A DNA stretch of 64,000 nucleotides. Origin: Myxococcales bacterium. Its GTDB lineage: Bacteria > Myxococcota > UBA727 > VGSZ01. The stretch is from NCBI GenBank assembly GCA_023248635.1, contig JAHFED010000002.1:41723-105722 (forward strand). The letters run 5' to 3'. The notes beneath the pieces are model-generated. The model did not search any database and was not told the origin of the DNA. It saw only the letters and a list, made by a program, of their open reading frames with translations. Below, in pieces: positions 47,644-58,724 of this stretch (its first letter is position 1; each line of letters starts with the position of its first letter). Made by a program: the position numbers and the translations under genes.

Positions 47644-49275
47644 TCACAAGAGGGGGGCAAGCAGCTCGAGCATCGGCTCCATCGCCCGCGCCGCCCTGAG
47701 TTGCTCGGTCGTGCAGTGATTGTCGGGGCCGAAGACGACGACGGGATTGCCATCTTTGGTGGTGGGGAGGCCGTCTGCGCCCCGCTCGATGCGATACTCG
47801 ACGACGCCGGGCGCACCTGCGGAGATGCGATCGCGCACCAGGCCGCCGACGGTCTGGGCCACCCGCTTGCTCCACAACGCCCCCACGACCTCGCCGTTCA
47901 CCCCCGCCGAGAGGGGATCGAGATTGTAAGAGCCGACGAAGGCCACCTGCTCGTCGACCACACCCACTTTGGCATGCATCAGGCGGCCTTCGGCAACGAC
48001 GAAGAGCCGCGCGCCCGCGACGCGCGCCAGCATCTCCGGCCACTGTCTCAAGAAGGCGGCTTGGGTCGCCGGGCTGTCTGACGAGGCCGGGCTGTTGGTG
48101 AGGATGGTGATGGCGACGCCGCGGGCGCCCGCCTGCTCCAAAGCCCGGAGACCGCGGGGCGTCAACACGAAGTAGGGGCTTTGAATGATGAGCTCCCGTT
48201 GCGCGGACTGCACAGCGGCGAGCAGGCCATCGTTGACGGTGTTCTTCGCCAGCGCGCCTTCTGACGAATGGGTATCGAGCAAACGCAGCGACACGGCATC
48301 CTCGGGGAGCGCGGGCACGCCCCGGCTCGCTGCCCCGCGCAGCCGGGCCTCCCGGGCCAACTGGCGCGTAACCTGTCGAAGGGTCGCGCGCACTTCGTCG
48401 GCGGGAATGGCACTCTGCGCTGCTGTCAGCTGGCCTTCGAGCACGAGGGCGATCGCGTCACGCTGTGCCTCCCTCGCCGCGGCGTCGACGGCGTCAAAGG
48501 CCGCGAAATCATCGGCGGAAAAGGGGGCGTCTGCGAGCCATTGCGTCATGGCCTTCACGCTGAGCGCGAGGGCAGTCCGCCCATCGCCGCGGGCCTCGAC
48601 CATCAAGGGCGTCGTGCGCTGCGCCGCGAATTCGGCGACGAAGGCCTCCGTCATGACCGCCGCCGCGCTCTGCCCTTCGTAAAGCAGGTCCATGTCGATG
48701 AAGGCATTGGACTGATCGTGGGGATCCGAAAGATAGTCGCGCGACATGTTGCGGCCGCCAGCGATGGTGGTGCGGCCGTCGACGATCATCAGCTTGTCGT
48801 GGTTCGACGCCGCCACCGCACGCAAATCGCCGCGAGCGATGGTCTCGCTGATCTGAAAGAGAATGGGGTTGTAGACGCGAACGTCGGCGCCGGCCTTTTC
48901 GACCTCTTGCAGGAGAAAACGCTGTGCGCCGCGGATGATCCCCGCCGAGCCGCGCGCATCGAGCATCAGGCGCACCTTCACCCCCGCCCGCGCCTTCTCG
49001 GCGAGCAAGCCCAAGAGCGTCAGGCCGTAGGCATCGGGCTCGATGATGAAATACTGGACGTCGATGGTGTGCTGGGCCCCCTGCAGCAGGTTCATCCTCG
49101 CGACCCAAGCATCGACGTTGTCGTCGAGGATGCGAACGCGCGCCTCAGCTGGTGCCGGCATTCCATCGAAAGCCGCGCGGAGGTTTGCCGGCGCCGGCGG
49201 GAGCTCACGGTCGACGAGCTGAGGGGTCGAGCAGGCCGTTGCCGCGACCACAATCAAGACGGGAGGAATGCGCAT
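47644..49275 (-). CDS. Phospholipase D / cardiolipin-synthase-family lipoprotein (two HKD motifs)
   Basis: Start re-picked to ATG 49275 (MRIPPVLIVVAATAC lipobox). HKD 1 is NHDKLMIVDGRTTIAGGRN; HKD 2 is LMHAKVGVVDEQVAFVGSYNLD. Confidence 0.85.
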   Translation of the reverse strand: MRIPPVLIVVAATACSTPQLVDRELPPAPANLRAAFDGMPAPAEARVRILDDNVDAWVARMNLLQGAQHTIDVQYFIIEPDAYGLTLLGLLAEKARAGVKVRLMLDARGSAGIIRGAQRFLLQEVEKAGADVRVYNPILFQISETIARGDLRAVAASNHDKLMIVDGRTTIAGGRNMSRDYLSDPHDQSNAFIDMDLLYEGQSAAAVMTEAFVAEFAAQRTTPLMVEARGDGRTALALSVKAMTQWLADAPFSADDFAAFDAVDAAAREAQRDAIALVLEGQLTAAQSAIPADEVRATLRQVTRQLAREARLRGAASRGVPALPEDAVSLRLLDTHSSEGALAKNTVNDGLLAAVQSAQRELIIQSPYFVLTPRGLRALEQAGARGVAITILTNSPASSDSPATQAAFLRQWPEMLARVAGARLFVVAEGRLMHAKVGVVDEQVAFVGSYNLDPLSAGVNGEVVGALWSKRVAQTVGGLVRDRISAGAPGVVEYRIERGADGLPTTKDGNPVVVFGPDNHCTTEQLRAARAMEPMLELLAPLL

Positions 49276-49283
49276 GTCTTGTT

Positions 49284-52200
49284 CTAGCTCGGATCTCTGG
49301 CGCTCCTCTCGCTGAGCGGGCGGCGACGTCGACGCAGGGCCGCCAGCACGACCAGGACTGCGCTGCTGGCGGGCAGCTCCCCGCCGGCAGCGCAGTTGCA
49401 GCCCACCAACGCGCCGAACGCGCCACCACTCGCGCTCCAATCGGCGGGGAGCCGTGTGTCGTCGTCGCAGGCGTCGCCTTGACCGTCGCCATCGAAGTCG
49501 GCCCGTTGCATCCCACCCAGGTCGGCACACAGATCCCGCTGGTCGAGCCCCCCGGCTCCCTCGGCATCACCCTCACCTTCCGCCTCACCGCCCCCTTCTC
49601 CCTCGCCCTCGCCCTCACCCCCACCCTCACCCTCGCCCTCACCCCCACCCTCGCCCTCACCCTCACCCTCGCCCTCACCCTCACCCTCCCCCGCCCCTGG
49701 CAGAAGGGGGTCGAGATAGTTGGGAATGCCGTCGCCGTCGTCGTCGGCGGTGCCTTCCTCTTGATCGCTGCTGCCGTCGGCGTCGGCGTCGGCGTCCAGC
49801 CAGTTGGGGACGCCATCACCATCCACGTCGGTGTCCTCTGGCGTGAAGCTGCCGGGGATGCTGCGGTACTCCACCTCCTCGCGCGTGGGGATGCCGTCGC
49901 CGTCGTCGTCGCCGTCGAGGATGTCGAGGATGCCGTCCTCGTCGGTGTCACGAGCGTCGGCCCCATTGTCGGTTTCAGCACCGTCAGGAACAGCATCGAA
50001 GTCGGTGTCGATGAAGTTGGGATCGCTGCCGAGCTGCGCCTCGCGCCCGTTGGTCACACCGTCGCTGTCGGCATCACCCCCGAAGTCATCGTTGGCGTCG
50101 AGGTAGTTGGGGGCGCCGTCGCCGTCGATGTCGGAGCGACCCTCAAGCTCGTCTGGGTTGCCGTCGCCGTCGCTGTCGAGGTCGAGGTGGGCCGGGTGCC
50201 GGTCGCCGTTGAGGTCGTCGCCGAACGCCAACGCATCGGCGCGCTCGACGATGGTGAGGATCCCATCCCCGTCGTCGTCGTCGTCTCGGAAACACGGGAT
50301 GCCATCGAAGTCGAAGTCCGAGCTGTCGTTATCGGTGCGATCGGGCACCGTGTCGTCGTCAGAGTCGAGGTCCCGCCCGTCGACGGTGCCATCACCGTCG
50401 GTGTCGACGAAGGAGCCGGCATTGCTCTCGACCCCGTCGACGATGCCGTCGCCGTCGGTGTCGCTGTCGAAGGGATCCGTCAGCGACGTGCCGAGCTCGA
50501 CTGCGTCCGCGATGCCGTCGCTGTCGCTGTCGACGAAGGGGCCGTCGGTGTCGATGAAATCCAGGTAGTCGCGCACTCCGTCGGAGTCGGCGTCGCCGCG
50601 GCCGTCTACGCCGTCAGCCCCGTTTTGGCCGTCGGCGTTGGCGTCGTTCCAGTTGAGGAGGCCGTCGGCGTCGGCGTCGCTCCCGATCAGCGAGGAGTCG
50701 TTGAATTCGACACCGTCATCGACGCCGTCCCCGTCGGAGTCGATGCTCAGGGGATTGCTGCTCAGCTGCGTGAGCTCCTGCGCGTCCGACAAGAAGTCGC
50801 CGTCGGTGTCGGCCAAGCGCGGGCTGGTCTCGTTGCCGTCGACGACGCCGTCCCGGTCGATGTCCTCGGCGCCATCTTGGAGCCCGTCGCCGTCGCTGTC
50901 GGCCACCAAGGGGCTGGTCAGCACGGTGTGGACTTCGATGCCGTCGGAGATGCCGTCGTCGTCGGAGTCCGCGTCGTTCGGATTGGACTCCCCAGCGTCC
51001 ACGGCGCCGTCTGCGTCGAGGTCCTCTTCGCCATCGAGCAGTCCGTCGTCGTCGCTGTCGGCGTCGTCGGGATCCGTCTGCGTGGCGACGTCGGTGTCAT
51101 TGAACGTCGTCGTCGGCAGCCCCGTCGCCCCCACCTCGACCGAGTCCGGGAGGCCGTCGCCGTCGTCGTCGTTCTGCCCCGGATCGCGGCGGCTGAACTC
51201 CACGCCGCGGACCTCGCCGGCGAGAGTGGTGACCCGGCGGTCGACGACGATGCCGGCGATGGAGATACGGGCCACGCTGTAGTTGTTGTTGCTCTTGTCC
51301 TGGGCCGTCTCGACGATGAGGAAGTCCGAACCGAGCACCGCGCTCTCCACGACATGCAGGGCTCGATCGGATCCGTCGGTGTAGGTTTCGCTGGCTCGCG
51401 TTCGCAGCCGTGGACCGGCCACGGGAACGGTGGCCGTTGACCCAGCGAGGGTGAAGCGCGTCACGCCGCAGCGGCGGTTGTCGTCGTCGCACACTGCACC
51501 GACGTTGCCGCCAGAATCGCTGTGGAAGTAGAACTCGTCGCGTGCTGCCACCCGAGCGATCGACCCCGCCCTCATCGTCACGACGCTGCTCAGCTGCGTC
51601 GGGGCTCCCAACGCCATGCCGCGAAAATTGAAGCCCACGGTCGAGATCTGCTCGATGCCAAACGCGGTGCTTTTGTTCTGGGTGAACAGCAGCTGGGCGC
51701 TGTCGTCATCGACGAGCAGCTGGTTCCCCTCGCCCTCCGGCGCCTCGGTGTCGGGGCCGATGATGCGCTCGGCGAGGAGCCGGCCATGGGTGACGCTGTT
51801 GTCGATGGAATAGGCCTGCAAGAGCGCGAAGTCCTGATCGGTGCCGACGTCGTCGCCGACTGTCGTGACGAGCACTCGTCGGTAGGGATCGATGACGATC
51901 GCCCCGCCCGTGCACGGTTCGCGATCTGCTGGAATCAGTCCCGCGGCGGCGGTGCCGGGCGAAGGACAATGGGTCTGGAACCCAAAGGCCGTGGGCGCCA
52001 AATTCGTCGCGTCGAAAACGTCGATGCCGGCGCCGTTGAGGGTGCGCAGGTAGAGGCGCCGCATCTCGGTGTCGAGAGCAACGCCGCCGTAGGAGGTGGG
52101 GGTGATGACCTCACGAAAAGTCGTCGGCGTCGCGATGTCGGCCACCTGGATCCGACCAACGCCAACGACGACGCTGCCGTTGCCCACATAGATCGTGCGA

Positions 52201-52292
52201 TCGGGATCGAGCGCCGGTGCGCCCAACTGGGCGCGCGCGGCGAGAGAAAAGCAGGCGACCACCGCCAGAGCAGCAAAACGCATCGCGTTCAT
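49284..52292 (-). CDS. Large surface protein: N-terminal beta-rich domain, TSP3-like Asp repeats, (GE)n, and a MYXO-CTERM-like tail
   Basis: Start re-picked to ATG 52292 (MNAMRFAALAVVACFSLAARAQ). Many D.D.DG..D..D repeats. (GE)n at ~49560-49700. The C-terminus is GALVGCNCAAGGELPASSAVLVVLAALRRRRR. The stop is 8 nt upstream of the PLD gene start. Confidence 0.8.
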   Translation of the reverse strand: MNAMRFAALAVVACFSLAARAQLGAPALDPDRTIYVGNGSVVVGVGRIQVADIATPTTFREVITPTSYGGVALDTEMRRLYLRTLNGAGIDVFDATNLAPTAFGFQTHCPSPGTAAAGLIPADREPCTGGAIVIDPYRRVLVTTVGDDVGTDQDFALLQAYSIDNSVTHGRLLAERIIGPDTEAPEGEGNQLLVDDDSAQLLFTQNKSTAFGIEQISTVGFNFRGMALGAPTQLSSVVTMRAGSIARVAARDEFYFHSDSGGNVGAVCDDDNRRCGVTRFTLAGSTATVPVAGPRLRTRASETYTDGSDRALHVVESAVLGSDFLIVETAQDKSNNNYSVARISIAGIVVDRRVTTLAGEVRGVEFSRRDPGQNDDDGDGLPDSVEVGATGLPTTTFNDTDVATQTDPDDADSDDDGLLDGEEDLDADGAVDAGESNPNDADSDDDGISDGIEVHTVLTSPLVADSDGDGLQDGAEDIDRDGVVDGNETSPRLADTDGDFLSDAQELTQLSSNPLSIDSDGDGVDDGVEFNDSSLIGSDADADGLLNWNDANADGQNGADGVDGRGDADSDGVRDYLDFIDTDGPFVDSDSDGIADAVELGTSLTDPFDSDTDGDGIVDGVESNAGSFVDTDGDGTVDGRDLDSDDDTVPDRTDNDSSDFDFDGIPCFRDDDDDGDGILTIVERADALAFGDDLNGDRHPAHLDLDSDGDGNPDELEGRSDIDGDGAPNYLDANDDFGGDADSDGVTNGREAQLGSDPNFIDTDFDAVPDGAETDNGADARDTDEDGILDILDGDDDGDGIPTREEVEYRSIPGSFTPEDTDVDGDGVPNWLDADADADGSSDQEEGTADDDGDGIPNYLDPLLPGAGEGEGEGEGEGEGEGGGEGEGEGGGEGEGEGEGGGEAEGEGDAEGAGGLDQRDLCADLGGMQRADFDGDGQGDACDDDTRLPADWSASGGAFGALVGCNCAAGGELPASSAVLVVLAALRRRRRPLSERSARDPS
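49560..49700 (-). repeat. Coding simple-sequence repeat encoding (GE)n with GGG interruptions
   Basis: ccctcaccctcgccctcaccc... periodic hexamers. Confidence 0.9.
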
Positions 52293-52495
52293 GGTGCCCG
52301 ACTTGGCGTCGCTGCGTCCTGTTCCGTTCTGTGCGCAGGCGTCCCACCTGAGCTCGGGTGGGGCGGGAGGACTCGGGCGACGTGCGACGTGAGCTGGATC
52401 AGATCTCCCGACCCAGCGACTTGCGCGCCCAGGGGGTGGGGCGCAGAATGACCCATCGCTGGTGAACGAACGCCAGGAAGCAGAAGGACGACGCG

Positions 52496-53074
52496 ATGAA
52501 GACCATCCTCCTCGGCGCATGCACTGTTGGACTTCTCACCGGATGCCTACAGGAGCGCACCTACCTCGATCCAGAACAGAACATCGGCCTCACCGGCTCC
52601 TCCTCGAACATGTCGCTGCGCGACGGCCAGGTGCACGGCGACTTCGGTCCGCGACGAGGCTTCGACGGCGAAGCGACCCGCCTCGAAGGCAGCAACGATC
52701 CCCAGTACGGCATGACCGTCGTCAACGTCGTGCGCGAACAAGAGAACGTCGGCGCCGGCATGGTGATCTTGTCGATCTCCGGCCGCACCCTCGACAATTT
52801 CGAGCCCGGCGAGCACAGCTTCCGCTACGACCAGAACGACCTCTCCACCAACAGCGAGATCTTCGTCAACGTCTGCGGCGGCAACGACGACACCGCCTTC
52901 GACTACGACGCACCCGCCGAAAACGGCACGATCACCGTCGAAGACGGCACCGATGGGCAGCGCCACGTCGACATCCACACCGAGACGCCGGTGGTCGATG
53001 CCTCGACGGGGGTACCCACCGACGACGTCGAGATCAGCGACTCGTCCTTCGCCTACCAGCCGAGCCAGCGCTGA
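52496..53074 (+). CDS. Lipoprotein, hypothetical
   Basis: Lipobox MKTILLGACTVGLLTGC. A terminator lies downstream. Confidence 0.6.
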   Translation: MKTILLGACTVGLLTGCLQERTYLDPEQNIGLTGSSSNMSLRDGQVHGDFGPRRGFDGEATRLEGSNDPQYGMTVVNVVREQENVGAGMVILSISGRTLDNFEPGEHSFRYDQNDLSTNSEIFVNVCGGNDDTAFDYDAPAENGTITVEDGTDGQRHVDIHTETPVVDASTGVPTDDVEISDSSFAYQPSQR

Positions 53075-53094
53075 AGCAAACGACCTGATGAAGA

Positions 53095-53122
53095 AACGGA
53101 GCCTTTCGGCTCCGTTTTTTTT
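53095..53122. terminator. Rho-independent terminator, bidirectional
   Basis: aacggagcc-tttc-ggctccgtt followed by a T-run. An A-rich tract on the other side serves the convergent minus-strand gene. Confidence 0.8.
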
Positions 53123-53126
53123 CTGC

Positions 53127-54158
53127 TCAGAGGCGGCCGGCGTCGAGCTCGGCCTTCAACCACGGAATGGTCTTTTGAAGCGCGATCTCGGGATCGACCA
53201 AGGGCTCGTAGGCCAGATCGCGGCGGGCGTTGCTGAGGTCGTAGTAGTGGCTGGTGCCGAGCTGGGCGGCGACGAAGCGGGTCATCGGCGGCTCCCCAGA
53301 AAGCGAGAAGAGCGACCACGCGCCTTCGAGCAGTGCGCCGACGCCGACGGCCACTGGATAGGGAATGCTCTTGTGCAGCGGCGTCAAGCCGACGGCGGCG
53401 AAGATGCGGTTCACCCACACCCAGGGCACCACGGGGTGTCCGTCGGAGATGAAGTAGGCCTTGCCGGCGTTCTTTTGCCGATCGGTGCCGAGGGCATCGG
53501 CAGCGAGCAAGTGCGCATGGGCGGCGTTGTCGACGTAGGTGACGTCGACTTTGTTTCTACCGGCGCCGACGATGCGCAGTCGTCCCTGGCGGTGGCGCCC
53601 GACCATGCGCGGCAGGATGTGGGGATCCCCCGGTCCATAGATGAGGTGGGGGCGCAGGGCCGTCGTGAGCAGCACCGTCGGACCGCGGGTGTGGGGCTGG
53701 GCGTTGGCGGCGAGCACGCGCCTCTCGGCCTCGGCCTTGGTGCGGCCATAGTGGTAGAGGTGCTTTTTGGGATAAGGCAGCGATTCGTCGGCGTTGTCGG
53801 CGTCGCCGCCGTCGAAGGTGACGCTGGGTGACGAGGTGTGCACCAAGCGCGAAACGCCCCGCGCCAGGCAGGCATCGATGACGTTTTGGGTGCCCTGGAT
53901 GTTGGCGGCGTCGTAGTCGGCGGGATCGCCCCAGACCCCGGCTTTGGCGGCGACGTGAAAGACCACGTCTTTGCCGGCGACCGCGTCCTTGAGCAGCGCG
54001 GCGTCGACGACGTCGCCGCGAACGGTGGTGGCTCCCAGGGCGCGCACCTCGGGGTAATCCGAGCGGCCGAGGACGACGACCTCGTCACCGCGGTCGACCA
54101 GCATCTTGACGATGGCCTTGCCGAGGAAACCGCCGCCGCCGGTGACGAGAGCCTTCAT
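53127..54158 (-). CDS. 3-beta-hydroxysteroid dehydrogenase/isomerase-family NAD(P)-dependent epimerase/dehydratase
   Basis: Rossmann motif VTGGGGFLG and catalytic YxxxK (YHYGRTKAEAERRVL). ATGA overlap with the upstream kinase gene. Confidence 0.75.
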   Translation of the reverse strand: MKALVTGGGGFLGKAIVKMLVDRGDEVVVLGRSDYPEVRALGATTVRGDVVDAALLKDAVAGKDVVFHVAAKAGVWGDPADYDAANIQGTQNVIDACLARGVSRLVHTSSPSVTFDGGDADNADESLPYPKKHLYHYGRTKAEAERRVLAANAQPHTRGPTVLLTTALRPHLIYGPGDPHILPRMVGRHRQGRLRIVGAGRNKVDVTYVDNAAHAHLLAADALGTDRQKNAGKAYFISDGHPVVPWVWVNRIFAAVGLTPLHKSIPYPVAVGVGALLEGAWSLFSLSGEPPMTRFVAAQLGTSHYYDLSNARRDLAYEPLVDPEIALQKTIPWLKAELDAGRL

Positions 54159-55063
54159 GCGCCGTCGCCTATCACGTCAACGCCGGCGGCGCCCAAGGTG
54201 AGCGGCAGGACGGCGAAGTCCACGCCGAGGGCCTCGATGGCTTGCTCTGCGCGCCGAGGCGAAGAGAAAAAGCAGACGGCGACGTCGCCGCCGCCCGCGC
54301 CCGAAGGCTTCGCGACCCCGCCAAACCTCGCTGCGATCCCTGCGATCGCGCGGTGCTCGGCGGAGACGATGTCGCAGCCGCTCCACTCGCCCAGACCGCT
54401 CAAGGCGCTGAAGGCGCTCTGCACGGCCGAGAGCCGCTCCGGCACGCCCCGCGACGTCAGAAAGGCTTCGCTCGCGCGTCCGAGTTTCTCAACGAGAGTC
54501 CTCATGAACGCAGAGCCGGGCTTTCTCTGATCGTTGATCTCGTCGAGGAAGGAGCGCGTGTCGACGGAGACTCCCGTCCAGACCACCACCGTCGTCAGCC
54601 CGGCCAAGTGCACCGCACGCACGTCGAAGACGTCGTCCGCTCTTCTGGCATAGCGCTGAATGCCGCCGTAGACGGAGGCGCAGACGTCGACGCCGCTGCC
54701 TTTGCCTTTCTGGAAATTCCGGTGGGCTCTTTGGGCGAGAGCGTGGAGCTCGTCGAGTGGGATGTGTGGTTTCAGTGCGCGCAGCAGGCCCACGCACGCC
54801 GCTGCTGATGAGCCCAAGCCGTATTTGTCTTTGCCGCTGCGAAAGGCGCTGGTGTCGAGCACGATGCGGCCGTCGACGTCGTCGCCAGCGATGGCCAAGC
54901 AGGCCGCGACCAGGCCTCCTTCATCGCGTTCGATCTTCAGGGCGCCCTGCTCCCTCGTGCACACCGCGCGAACGTCGACGGCAGCGACGACTGCGGGGTA
55001 GCCGTGCAGCACTGCGTATTCGCCCATGAGCACGAGCTTTCCCGGAGCCGTGGCTGTGATCAC
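54155..55063 (-). CDS. mvaK2: Phosphomevalonate kinase (GHMP kinase family)
   Basis: GTG 55063 overlaps the mvaD TGA (GTGA). APGKLVLMGEYAVLHG, GLGSSAA, and KPSGAGGGDVAV (a PMK-type rather than MK-type C-terminal motif). Confidence 0.7.
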   Translation of the reverse strand: MITATAPGKLVLMGEYAVLHGYPAVVAAVDVRAVCTREQGALKIERDEGGLVAACLAIAGDDVDGRIVLDTSAFRSGKDKYGLGSSAAACVGLLRALKPHIPLDELHALAQRAHRNFQKGKGSGVDVCASVYGGIQRYARRADDVFDVRAVHLAGLTTVVVWTGVSVDTRSFLDEINDQRKPGSAFMRTLVEKLGRASEAFLTSRGVPERLSAVQSAFSALSGLGEWSGCDIVSAEHRAIAGIAARFGGVAKPSGAGGGDVAVCFFSSPRRAEQAIEALGVDFAVLPLTLGAAGVDVIGDGA

Positions 55064-56018
55064 GCGGTGATCCTCGCCGCCGATCCGGGAGCGCAGACGT
55101 CGACACCGACGACGCCCGGGATCGCTTTGGCAGCAGCTGCAATGGCAGCCGCGTCGTCGGGGGCGCAGAGGATTTTTACATGGGGGCCAGCGTCCATCGT
55201 CGCCCACGCGCCGGTGCCTTGGGCGCGCAGGGTCTTCACGGCCTGCAGCACCGCGATGGTGGTGGGTTGGAAGTAGAAGAAGCCAGGACGGGCTGCCAAC
55301 GTCGTCGCGTGCATCTTCAGGGTCGAGTGTTCCATCACCTCACCGAGGCGGGGAAGGTCGGCGGCGGCGAGTGCTGCTTGGGCGTCTCTGAGGTCTTGGG
55401 GATGGGTATCGACCCACGCTGTGAAGAAGGGCGACGTCGACGCGGTGTGCTCCATGCCTTGGGTCGAGGCTGTCTCTTTTTTTCCGGACGTCGTGCGCAC
55501 GACCACCAAGCGCGCATCCAACGACGTCGTCAACGGTTCTGCACAGGAGTCGCTGCCGTCGTCGCGCGTGCCGCGGTGCCAGAGCACGAAGCCGCCGAAG
55601 ATCGATCGCGCGGCCGATCCCGAGCCTTGGCGGGCGAGGATGGAGAGGTCTTTGTCGTCGAGGTGCAGACCATAGGCGCGCGTGGCTGCCAAGGCCAAAG
55701 CCGCGAAGGCCGACGCCGACGACGCGAGGCCCGCCGCCGTCGGAACGTGGTTCGTCGACGTCACCCGGGCCTTCTCTGTGCGCCCGGCCAGCGCGCGAAC
55801 CCGATCGAGGAAGAGAAAGACCTTTTGCGCTTCGTTGTTTTCGACGTCGTGGCCGTCGAGCAGGAAGGCATCGTGGTCGGCGATCTCGACGGAAGTCTCG
55901 GTGCCGAAGCGATCCAGGGTGAGGCTGAGGCTGCCCACCGCCGGCAGGTTGAGGCCCGCGCTGGGACGTTTGCCCCAGTACTTCACGAGGGCGATGTTGG
56001 TGTGCGCCCAGGCTGTGG

Positions 56019-56022
<4 letters not shown>
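55060..56022 (-). CDS. mvaD: Diphosphomevalonate decarboxylase
   Basis: NIALVKYWGKR, AAGLASSASAFAALA and GSGSAARS motifs. GTG 56022 overlaps the upstream ABC-F TGA (GTGA). An alternative ATG at 56055 would overlap the upstream gene by 37 nt. Confidence 0.85.
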
Positions 56023-57938
<1,916 letters not shown>

Positions 57939-57978
57939 CAGACAGTCATAGAGCCGACGACGACGACGGCAACCCGGT

Positions 57979-58701
57979 TCAGGGGGCTGCCTCGGCCCCG
58001 GCCTGTTTCGCCTTCAAGGTGACGCCGCCGTTGCTGTCGCGCAGGCCCTCTTTGTCGAGGTGGAGGCGGCGCGGCATGCGCTCGGCCAAGCGCGGATTGT
58101 GGGTGACGACGATGGCGGTGAGGCCGCGATCTTTGTTGAGCCTCTCGATGATCTCGTGGATGCCCCGGCCCGTCGACTCGTCGAGGTTCCCGGTGGGTTC
58201 GTCAGCCAGCAGCACCTTGGGATCGTTCATCAAGGCCCGCGCCAGCGCGACGCGTTGTTGCTCGCCACCCGAGAGCTCGCCCGGCCGGTGCTCGAGGCGC
58301 TGGGCCAACCCCACCTCGGTGAGCAGCAGGCGCGCGCGTTGCTCGACCTCCGCCCACGGACGCCGCGCGACCCGCCCCGGCATCATCACGTTCTCGATGG
58401 CGGTGAATTCCGGCAGCAAGTGGTGAAACTGAAAGACGAAGCCGATGCGCTCGTTGCGAAAGCGCGCGATGCCAGCCGGCGTCTGCTTCCACACGTCGAC
58501 ACCGTCCATGATGACGTCGCCGCCGCTGGGGGTGTCGAGGGTGCCGAGCACGTGCAGCAGCGTCGACTTGCCCGCACCCGACGGCCCGGTCAAAGAGACC
58601 AGCTCGCCGCTCTGAATGGAGACGTCAATTCCCTTTAGCACCGGGATTTGGTGTCCATTCAGCCAGTAGTGCTTGCTGAGGCTTCTGGCTTCAATTTTCA
58701 T
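57979..58701 (-). CDS. lolD: Lipoprotein-releasing ABC transporter ATP-binding protein
   Basis: [44 protein letters not shown], and LLADEPTGNLD. It is adjacent to a LolC/E-type permease gene. Confidence 0.8.
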   Translation of the reverse strand: MKIEARSLSKHYWLNGHQIPVLKGIDVSIQSGELVSLTGPSGAGKSTLLHVLGTLDTPSGGDVIMDGVDVWKQTPAGIARFRNERIGFVFQFHHLLPEFTAIENVMMPGRVARRPWAEVEQRARLLLTEVGLAQRLEHRPGELSGGEQQRVALARALMNDPKVLLADEPTGNLDESTGRGIHEIIERLNKDRGLTAIVVTHNPRLAERMPRRLHLDKEGLRDSNGGVTLKAKQAGAEAAP

Positions 58702-58724
58702 TGCGGTCCATCATCGAAGATCGA

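Noticed and set aside
49152-51440. 762-aa plus-strand ORF opposite the TSP3 surface-protein gene
   Set aside because: It is a VAV/GVG low-complexity translation. The minus frame has a signal peptide, DxDxDG repeats and a sorting tail.
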